DNA of 32,000 bases from assembly GCA_041494705.1 (NCBI GenBank), contig JBGQBI010000001.1, positions 1-32,000 on the forward strand, in the 5' to 3' direction. Shown piece after piece: positions 16,409 through 23,362 of the stretch. Within the stretch, counting starts at the first letter, position 1, and each line of letters starts with the position of its first letter. A program made the translations under genes and the position numbers. The notes beneath the pieces are model-generated. The model was not told the origin of the DNA, made no database searches, and worked only from the letters and a program-made list of their open reading frames with translations. This stretch comes from Candidatus Methanoperedens sp. GTDB taxonomy: Archaea; Halobacteriota; Methanosarcinia; Methanosarcinales; Methanoperedenaceae.

Positions 16409-18832
16409 TTATTTATTCCATTCATAAATTTTATTACCACATCCGCATCTTATCTTTTTGCAAACTTCATCATAGTATTTTAGAGAAATGAATTTCTGAC
16501 AAGAACCGCAAAAAAATAAATCATCCAAATCTTTTACATCTTTCCAAAACGCTTTGAAATCATTGATGCTTGCAACAAATGTACTGTCGTGAGAATCTTT
16601 ATTGCCTAAAAATACGGACTTTAAAAGCCTGTCCAGTATTGCGCTATTCTTCAACACCAAACTTGGCTGTTTATTGATTTTATTTTTAAGTTCAGTTAAA
16701 AGTTCATAAGCCATTCTATCTTCATTTGTATCATTATAGACAAACTTAACCTTAACTTCTAAATTAAATGCAATGTCTTTGAGTCTATGCTCAAGATATT
16801 TTCTACAATCATTACCTAATCCTGTTTCGTCATTTGTTTTAATCTTATGCTCTATTCTTTCTTTTAAAGTCTCAAAAGGTTCATCAATGTAGGTTCCTCT
16901 ATCTTCACTCCATTTTATAGTGTTAACTTTCCAGTTTTTCCCCTTCACTAGGTTTTTAACAATATCAAACCAATTTTTTTCGTGAGTTAATAAAATAATT
17001 TGATAATCAGAAAATTTTTCAACTAATAGATCAGCAAAGCGTTTTCTATGGCTTGTGTCCAGACTTGATATCACATCATCAAGAATAAAGAATTTATTCT
17101 TTTTATTAAATGCTTTAACAGAGGTAAGAAAGAAAGCTATTCCGAAACAATTGAGGTGGGATTCGCTTAAATATTTATGAGGCGGTGAAACCTCATTTTC
17201 AAAAAACTTAAATTGGAATGTTATACCTGCTAAATCATCATCTTTTTCAAGAGGAATTAATTTTATATCCTCAACTTTTTCATCTGGATGCATAAATTGA
17301 TATAGACTATTAATATCCTTCGAAAAGATAGAAAGGAAAGATTCCAAACCCTCTTTTTGTTTTTTTGCAAACTCACTATATACTAATTCTAATGATTTTA
17401 TTTGATTATCTAATATTTTTCTTTCTTTTGTTAACTTCTTAATTTCAAAATATGCATTTCTTGATAATACTATCTTACTATGAATATCAAATTTAAGATT
17501 ATCCTTTTTGTTCGTCTTTAATTGCTCGTTCTTTTCTTTACAGAAATCAACTATTTGTTTAAAGAGTTCTTTATCAATTATGAATTCATTTGCTATTTTA
17601 AGCTTTTGAATCTCAGAAATTTCAATATCTGATTCAGCTAAATAATTTTCAAAGCAAATATTTAACTTTCTAATTTTTATTTTTAATTCTTTATTATCTG
17701 CTAATTCAAAGTGCTTATCTGATAATAAAGGTTTAATTAACTGGTTGGAATCATTAAGTACTCTTTGTAAAGATTTTTTTAAGTCAATCAACCTTAATTT
17801 TTCTTTTTTGTATTTTTCTAATTCAATGATTCTAAGTTCTAATTCCTTTAATAACTCCTTTTTATTTTTGGGCTGCAAACACAGCGGACAATTGTTATCT
17901 GTAATAATATTCCGTTTTAAAACATCTACACCTACAGATAATAGTGTTTCTAATTCGATTTTATTTATTTTTTCAATATCAGTAATTATTTTTTGAAATT
18001 GGTCATAATATTTTTTATAAGATTCTTCTATTTCACCAAGCCTGTTGGATAAATTAGAAATAAGATCATTTACGTTGCTATAAAATGATTGAATTGCCAC
18101 TATTCTAGAATCATCAGGTTCTTTGATTAATGTTAAAATACTATCTATATCATCGATTTTTGTTAATTCTTTATCAATACCTAAAAGTTTTATCAGTTTG
18201 TTTATAGAATCAATAAATTGCTCATCAGATGTTATATTGTGCCCGATATGCTCTATAATATGAGCTTGTTGGGCATTAATCTGGTTATCAAACTTTTGTA
18301 ATTTGAGTTCCTTTTTTAGTTCATTAGTAATTTTTCTTAATATATCTCTAGTGCCTGTGACCTCTGAAAACCCAATAATATTAGAAAGCTCGATTAATTT
18401 CTCGGATTTCGGGGCTAAAATAAAATTCATTAAATCTTCATAGCGTAAAATGATATTTTCGTTTTTGGAAGCCTTTAGAAAATCAACGAATTCATTTGAA
18501 TTATTTGAATATTCAGAAGTATAGGAGCCTTTTTTTAAATAGATGCATTTATACGAATTAAATTCTTTGTCTGTAAATTCAATGTTAATAAAAGCTTTTT
18601 CATCATCACCTAAAAAGAAATTTCTTAAAGCAGCTATACCCCCCCGCCCGATTTCTTCACTTGCCAAGTGTTCTATTCTGTCATAATAAAACCACTCAAA
18701 TGCATCTGAAATACTGCTCTTACCAGTGGCATTATCACCATAAAGCAAAACAGATTTTTCATCTATATTTAGTGATAAATTTGATTTAATTCCTCTAAGG
18801 CCATTTATATTAAAACTTTTAATTTTTGCCAT
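16409..18832 (-). CDS. Rad50/RloC-like ABC ATPase with coiled-coil zinc hook, C-terminal HEPN-type (R-x4-H) domain and terminal zinc ribbon
   Basis: Walker A GDNATGKSS (aa 32-40). About 400 aa of K/E/L/I-rich coiled coil with NCPLCLQ (C315/C318) at mid-point. Signature LSESHLNCF, Walker B FFILDDV, H-loop LLTHE, RKYLEH (aa 677-682), CGSC...CGCG (aa 775-798). Confidence 0.85.
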   Translation of the reverse strand: MAKIKSFNINGLRGIKSNLSLNIDEKSVLLYGDNATGKSSISDAFEWFYYDRIEHLASEEIGRGGIAALRNFFLGDDEKAFINIEFTDKEFNSYKCIYLKKGSYTSEYSNNSNEFVDFLKASKNENIILRYEDLMNFILAPKSEKLIELSNIIGFSEVTGTRDILRKITNELKKELKLQKFDNQINAQQAHIIEHIGHNITSDEQFIDSINKLIKLLGIDKELTKIDDIDSILTLIKEPDDSRIVAIQSFYSNVNDLISNLSNRLGEIEESYKKYYDQFQKIITDIEKINKIELETLLSVGVDVLKRNIITDNNCPLCLQPKNKKELLKELELRIIELEKYKKEKLRLIDLKKSLQRVLNDSNQLIKPLLSDKHFELADNKELKIKIRKLNICFENYLAESDIEISEIQKLKIANEFIIDKELFKQIVDFCKEKNEQLKTNKKDNLKFDIHSKIVLSRNAYFEIKKLTKERKILDNQIKSLELVYSEFAKKQKEGLESFLSIFSKDINSLYQFMHPDEKVEDIKLIPLEKDDDLAGITFQFKFFENEVSPPHKYLSESHLNCFGIAFFLTSVKAFNKKNKFFILDDVISSLDTSHRKRFADLLVEKFSDYQIILLTHEKNWFDIVKNLVKGKNWKVNTIKWSEDRGTYIDEPFETLKERIEHKIKTNDETGLGNDCRKYLEHRLKDIAFNLEVKVKFVYNDTNEDRMAYELLTELKNKINKQPSLVLKNSAILDRLLKSVFLGNKDSHDSTFVASINDFKAFWKDVKDLDDLFFCGSCQKFISLKYYDEVCKKIRCGCGNKIYEWNK

Positions 18833-19154
18833 TTATCGCTTCTTCTCTAAGCTCTATTAATGCATTAAAAATTTGTTTTTCGTTAAATTTATTATTCTGA
18901 TATAGTCCTATTAAAGCATCTGCAATCTTCGGATCAATTCCGGAAATTTCTTTTAAACCATCAAAAAATTCGTCTAATATCTCCTTACCACTCTTAATTG
19001 TGTTACTCATTTTTCGTCTCCCTTTTTTCAAAATAACTCCATCTATTTTAAAGTTAATATCCAATTCATTTTGTAAAATCTCAAATTCTGTTTTATTGTT
19101 ACAGCTTGGATATTCACCATAATTTCTTACCACCTTTTTAATATTAAATCCCAT
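18819..19154 (-). CDS. Small hypothetical protein, first gene of the AT-rich cluster
   Basis: 111-aa ORF overlapping the ATPase start by 14 nt. An alternative start is M49 (19010), preceded by GGGAGA, giving 63 aa. No recognisable motif. Confidence 0.5.
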   Translation of the reverse strand: MGFNIKKVVRNYGEYPSCNNKTEFEILQNELDINFKIDGVILKKGRRKMSNTIKSGKEILDEFFDGLKEISGIDPKIADALIGLYQNNKFNEKQIFNALIELREEAINGKN

Positions 19155-19445
19155 GAGCCCTGATATTGCTCAGCTCAGATGATTATAATACTCATATAAG
19201 TATAAATATTCTTTCTTTTTATCTTTTTTACCACTCTACTTACATAAAAATCACATAAAACCCGCCATCCCTTTTGCTTCACCTCTCGCTCTCAAACAGC
19301 GACTTCATCCTAAGTTCAAGCCCCTCCCTCAAATACACCGCACAAACCTCACCCACCCACAACCTCCACTTCACTCCTCCCCAAAAAATCCTTATCAAAA
19401 GTCGCTATCTTCCTTCTCCTTACCTTATCGCTCGTCTCATCTCAA

Positions 19446-19712
19446 TCATTTAACAAAAAGCCCGCATTTGCATGAACCTTTTTTTCGTATGTCAAGAGTC
19501 CTGTGGATACAGGGACAAATTAAATCCCTGTCTTTTTCAGGGTTACCTGTAACCTGGCGGCAGCCGCAATACTGTACTCCGTATTCTCTTTTATTCCGGG
19601 CAAGACCTTTTATTGCCTGAACAACCAAATCATAATCAGGATTAAGTTTCAAGCCGTTTTTTTCTGCGTAGTCCTTTGCCCATTCGAAAATCTGGCCTTC
19701 AATATCATCCAT
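19446..19712 (-). CDS. Ferredoxin:thioredoxin reductase catalytic-subunit-like protein (FTRc/FDR family)
   Basis: Three CxC pairs, YCGCR...LICPCI...SCKCGLF, mirroring the CPC...CPC...CHC of FTR. Start trimmed to ATG at 19712, one nt after the flavodoxin stop. Confidence 0.8.
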   Translation of the reverse strand: MDDIEGQIFEWAKDYAEKNGLKLNPDYDLVVQAIKGLARNKREYGVQYCGCRQVTGNPEKDRDLICPCIHRTLDIRKKGSCKCGLFVK

Positions 19713-19713
19713 T

Positions 19714-20145
19714 TTAACCACTCTTAACTTTCTGTGCGATACTTTTGCCAAACTCCCGACACTTTTCCAATCCAGCTTCATCGGGCTTTTCGTGAATAAG
19801 GAGACCTTCCAACGTCTCCATCCCAAAGCCTTTCAGCCTGTTCGTTATCAGGTCAACAACTTCAGGAGACCAGCCATATGAGCAAAATGCTGCTCCTACT
19901 TTACCCTTCAAGCCTGCATCCTTTACTTTTTCAATGAAAACCTCAAGAGCAGGCATGATTTCATGGTGGTACGTCCCTGAACCCAGAACCAGGCCGTCAA
20001 CATTTTTGATATCCTCTATCCTTGCCTCATGGACATGTGAGATTTTTACATCCACTTTTTCTGACTTTATTCCTTCTGCTATGGCTTTTGCCATCATCTC
20101 GGTATTATGCGTTGCGGAATCGTATATTATTGCCACTTTTGCCAT
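19714..20145 (-). CDS. Flavodoxin
   Basis: MAKVAIIYDSATHNTEMMAKAIAEG (FMN phosphate-binding loop S/T-x-T-x-N-T) and GSGTYHH. Start taken at the ATG preceded by AAGGGGAATAAT; the ORF track begins 7 codons earlier. Confidence 0.85.
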   Translation of the reverse strand: MAKVAIIYDSATHNTEMMAKAIAEGIKSEKVDVKISHVHEARIEDIKNVDGLVLGSGTYHHEIMPALEVFIEKVKDAGLKGKVGAAFCSYGWSPEVVDLITNRLKGFGMETLEGLLIHEKPDEAGLEKCREFGKSIAQKVKSG

Positions 20146-20173
20146 ATTATTCCCCTTAACAAGCATTTAACCT

Positions 20174-21508
20174 TTAACGCCAATAAGGCTTTCGCAGTTC
20201 GATATATGCATTATGCGCCACCGTAGCCCCATGCGCCACCGCAACCACGACCAGTTGAAGGTCAGAGGCTATGTCGCCCACTGCATAAATCCCGTCGATA
20301 TTGGTCTTCTGGGTTTTATCGGTCTTGAGGTACCCTTTTTCATCCATCTCAAGCCCGAGCTTCTTGAAAATCTCGGTGTTGGGCGTCAAACCGACAGCCA
20401 GCACAACCGAATCCACCACCTGCTGGATGGTTTCATCCTCCTTTAAGTCCTTCATAATGGCTTTCTCGACCTTTTCAGTTCCGGCTATTTCGAGAACCTC
20501 GGTATTATACAACACCTTGATTTTATCTATCGCCTTCAGTCGCTCTATCTTCTGCGGGACAACTCTTAACTCATCCTTCCTGTGCGCTATGGTGATGAGG
20601 TCGGCAGTGTCGGCAAGGGAAAGCGCAGCGTCAACTGCGGAATTACCGCCCCCGACGACGAGAACGCGTTTTCCCACAAAATTCTGGGGGTCCCTGACAT
20701 AATAATATACACCGCGTTCATTCTTGCTGAATTTATCTTCGCCTTTAATGTCGCCTGTAGATGGCGAACTGCCAGTTGCAAGAACGATAATCTTTCCTCT
20801 GTACGCGCCGCTTTCAGCGATGATTTTCTTATCCTGGGTGATTTCATTCACGCGTTCTTTTTTCATTTCCACTTTCAGTTTCTTTGCTTCATTCACCCAG
20901 CTTTCAACAAGGTCAGTACATGTTGATTTCTCACACAGCCCCGGGAAATTTTCAATCATCTTGTTCGGGCATAACCATGAAAGTATCCCGCCCCAGTTTG
21001 AAGCTTCAAATATCGCGGTTTTAAGCCCCCGGTACGCGCACAATATCCCGGTTGTCAGCCCGCCCGGTCCCCCGCCTACTATAATCACATCAAAATCATA
21101 GTTCTCAGCCTCGGTTTTGGCTTTCTCCTCTTTTTTGGTCATGTAATCCTTGATTGCAGCATGAAGCGCATCTGCTGCAAGGTTTGAGCAGTGCATCTTG
21201 ATAGGAGGCAGGCCGTCAAGTTCTGCCGCCACATCTCCCCTTGTAATTTTAAGAGCTTCCTCAAGCGTTTTACCAATGGCCATTTCTGTTATCATGCTGC
21301 TTGTTGCGATTGCAGAGCCGCAGCCGAATGTCTTGAACTTCACGTCCTTTAAAATATTGTTCTCGACCTTGATTTGTATCTCCATCAAATCCCCGCAAAC
21401 AGGGTTCCCGACCCTTCCAATCCCGTCGGCGTCCTTAATCTCTCCAACATTGCGCGGGTTCCTGAAATGTTCCATTACTTTTTCTGAGTATTCGAATTGT
21501 TCTTCCAT
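20174..21508 (-). CDS. Fusion protein: IscU/NifU-N scaffold domain + thioredoxin-reductase-like flavoprotein lacking the CxxC (FNR-like)
   Basis: IscU cysteines are present in NPVCGD, FGCGSAIA and MHCSNLA. FAD and NAD(P) folds DVIIVGGGPGG, VVGGGNSAVDAA and GIYAVGDI follow. RGVYYYVRDPQNFVGK occupies the position where TrxB has GVSACATCDGFFY. Confidence 0.85.
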   Translation of the reverse strand: MEEQFEYSEKVMEHFRNPRNVGEIKDADGIGRVGNPVCGDLMEIQIKVENNILKDVKFKTFGCGSAIATSSMITEMAIGKTLEEALKITRGDVAAELDGLPPIKMHCSNLAADALHAAIKDYMTKKEEKAKTEAENYDFDVIIVGGGPGGLTTGILCAYRGLKTAIFEASNWGGILSWLCPNKMIENFPGLCEKSTCTDLVESWVNEAKKLKVEMKKERVNEITQDKKIIAESGAYRGKIIVLATGSSPSTGDIKGEDKFSKNERGVYYYVRDPQNFVGKRVLVVGGGNSAVDAALSLADTADLITIAHRKDELRVVPQKIERLKAIDKIKVLYNTEVLEIAGTEKVEKAIMKDLKEDETIQQVVDSVVLAVGLTPNTEIFKKLGLEMDEKGYLKTDKTQKTNIDGIYAVGDIASDLQLVVVAVAHGATVAHNAYIELRKPYWR

Positions 21509-21512
21509 ATTT

Positions 21513-22679
21513 TCACCCTTTTCTCGGATACAGCGGCGATAAAGCCCGAAGTTTTGCCACTATTTTAGGCACGGATTCAATGACATAATCAACATCTTCT
21601 TCGGTATTTGATTTTCCAAGCGTGAGCAGGAGCGAGCCGTGGGCTTCCTCATGCCTCAATCCCATTGCAATAAGCACGTGCGAGGGTTCAAGCGTTTTCG
21701 TGGAACACGCCGAGCCTGTACTTGCGGTTATCCCCAGGTCGTTAAGCTGGAGTATTATGCTCTCGCCTTCAATGAAACTGAACCTGAAACTTGCATTATT
21801 TGGGAGACGCTTTGTCCTGTGACCTGTGAGATATGCGTACTCTGTTTTCAGGATATTGTCCATCAGCCGGTCGCGCATCCTGATAAGCAGTGCGCCGTTA
21901 TCAACCATTTCCGCTATGGCAAGCTCTGCGGCCTTTCCCATGCCAACAATTCCCGGGATATTCTCAGAGCCGCTTCTCATGCCAAATTCCTGCCCTCCTC
22001 CCAGCATGAAAGGCAGAATCCTCACTCCCTGTTTAACATACAGGGCTCCCGCGCCTTTTGGGCCATACATATCATTCGAAGAAATGGTAAGAAGGTCGAT
22101 ATGCTCTTTTTCGACATCAACCGGGACTTTACCGCATGCAGTCGTCCCGTCAACATGGAACAGGATTTTCTTATCTGACGCAATTTCCCCGATTTCACGT
22201 ATCGGCTGCACCGTCCCCACCTCGCCGTTAGCAAACTGGACAGAAATTAGAATGGTTTTTTCTGTTATTGCGTTCTTGATTTTCTCCGCATCCGCAAGCC
22301 CGTCTTTGTCAACAGGAATATACGTCACCTCAAACCCGCTTCTTTGAAGGTCTTTTAAGGTATTCATCACAGACATGTGCTCAACCGAAGTGGTGATTAT
22401 GTGGTTCCCTTTATCCTTATACCGGAGCGCTGCTCCGCGCAGTGCCAGGTTATTTGATTCCGTGGCGCATGATGTGAAAATTATGCTTTTGGGGTTGGGC
22501 GCGGTAACCAGGTTTGCAACTTTTGTGCGTGCGGCTTCAAGCTCGCGTTTGGCTTTTCTTCCTGGCGAATGAAGGGAAGAAGGGTTCCCGACCTCTTTAT
22601 CAAAATACGGCATCATGGCTTCAAGCACCCGTGCATCGACGGGCGATGCCGAACCATAATCCATGTAAACCTGTCTCAT
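21513..22679 (-). CDS. iscS: IscS/NifS-like class V aminotransferase-fold protein lacking the PLP-binding lysine
   Basis: TISSNDMYGPKGAGALYV aligns to the IscS sequence FSGHKIYGPKGIGALYV, with HK replaced by ND (D203, nt 22071-22073). The catalytic loop Cys is retained in STGSACSTKTLEPSHVL. Confidence 0.85.
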   Translation of the reverse strand: MRQVYMDYGSASPVDARVLEAMMPYFDKEVGNPSSLHSPGRKAKRELEAARTKVANLVTAPNPKSIIFTSCATESNNLALRGAALRYKDKGNHIITTSVEHMSVMNTLKDLQRSGFEVTYIPVDKDGLADAEKIKNAITEKTILISVQFANGEVGTVQPIREIGEIASDKKILFHVDGTTACGKVPVDVEKEHIDLLTISSNDMYGPKGAGALYVKQGVRILPFMLGGGQEFGMRSGSENIPGIVGMGKAAELAIAEMVDNGALLIRMRDRLMDNILKTEYAYLTGHRTKRLPNNASFRFSFIEGESIILQLNDLGITASTGSACSTKTLEPSHVLIAMGLRHEEAHGSLLLTLGKSNTEEDVDYVIESVPKIVAKLRALSPLYPRKG

Positions 22680-22726
22680 TTTTTCACTCTTTGTGTTAGT
22701 AACGAGTTATCTTTGTATATCTTTTG

Positions 22727-22765
22727 AAACTTTGCGTTCTTTGCGGTGTGATTTCGCCGTAGAGA
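22727..22765. repeat. Partial third copy of the dispersed intergenic repeat and hairpin
   Basis: AACTTTGCGTTCTTTGCGGTGTGATTTCGCCGTAGAG resembles TACTTTGCTTACC...TTTGCGGTGTGCGATTTTATTCACCGCAGAG at 6946-6998, with deletions. Confidence 0.4.
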
Positions 22766-22927
22766 TTATATCCTTCTATCCCTGCCTTCCGGTCCCTCGC
22801 ATTCGGGGATATAGCAGGTCGCATCAATGAATGCGCACGCTTCTTTGCACGAAGGACACCGCTCAGGTGGCGAAGGTTCGCCTTCGAACTGGTAGCCGCA
22901 CATCGAACATTTCCACTGGGTTTTCAC
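22766..22927 (-). CDS. Small rubredoxin-like / zinc-ribbon protein (53 aa), absent from the ORF track
   Basis: GTG start preceded by GGAGGAAGT. Translation: [53 protein letters not shown], with CxxC...CxxC plus further Cys. Begins 8 nt after the DsrE-like stop. Confidence 0.6.
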   Translation of the reverse strand: MKTQWKCSMCGYQFEGEPSPPERCPSCKEACAFIDATCYIPECEGPEGRDRRI

Positions 22928-22935
22928 ACTTCCTC

Positions 22936-23295
22936 CTAAAACCACATCGTCCCATCGGCATCAAGCACAAGGTCATTTAACGTGGCGGCGCCAACGATTT
23001 CTGCCACGGGAATAAAATCTCCCTTTGCAAGATTGATAAGTTGGCAGCTCTGCTCGCAGACCATGAGTTTTACACCTGCCTTCACGGTCTGGTCCATCAC
23101 TTCCTTGAGGGTGGGGAATTTCCCTATCTTTATCTTTTCCGCATTTCCTTTTTTAACGACAGTAATTCCCATACCGAGGAAATATATTGTCGCATCTATT
23201 CCCATAGCTTTTGCTGTCTGGGCAAGGATGAAAGGGGAATACAGGCGTTCGGGCGTATCGATTCCGCTTGTCTGGACGTATAGTAGGTTTGTCAT
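22936..23295 (-). CDS. DsrE/DsrF-like sulfur-relay family protein
   Basis: About 119 aa from [11 protein letters not shown]. Small alpha/beta layout with a conserved-type Cys in LMVCEQSC. Start trimmed to the ATG preceded by GGGAGA. Confidence 0.6.
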   Translation of the reverse strand: MTNLLYVQTSGIDTPERLYSPFILAQTAKAMGIDATIYFLGMGITVVKKGNAEKIKIGKFPTLKEVMDQTVKAGVKLMVCEQSCQLINLAKGDFIPVAEIVGAATLNDLVLDADGTMWF

Positions 23296-23362
23296 GATAA
23301 ATCTCCCATTATATATTATGATTAATGATAGATACACTTTTCCATTTCAGGACTCTACAATT

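Noticed and set aside
16409-18832. Classifying the 807-aa ATPase as OLD/Gabija GajA, Septu PtuA, PARIS AriA or Wadjet JetC
   Set aside because: No TOPRIM motif and no HNH partner are visible. The long coiled coil with a mid-point CxxC and a C-terminal R-x4-H domain fits RloC/Rad50-like architecture better. A Lamassu LmuB-like relationship cannot be excluded without HMM searches.
19321-19380. G-quadruplex on the minus strand (GGG-T-GGG ... GGG-A-GGGG)
   Set aside because: The four G-runs need a central loop of about 21 nt, which makes for weak G4 potential. I kept it only as a comment within the composition-asymmetry finding.
19446-19826. 126-aa version of the FTRc-like ORF overlapping the flavodoxin gene by 113 nt
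   Set aside because: The conserved domain starts after an internal ATG at 19712, which sits one nt after the flavodoxin stop. The upstream extension is probably not translated.
20213-22699. Numerous plus-strand ORFs (60-179 aa) across the Fe-S operon
   Set aside because: All are antisense to genes with strong family motifs, and none shows motifs or start signals.
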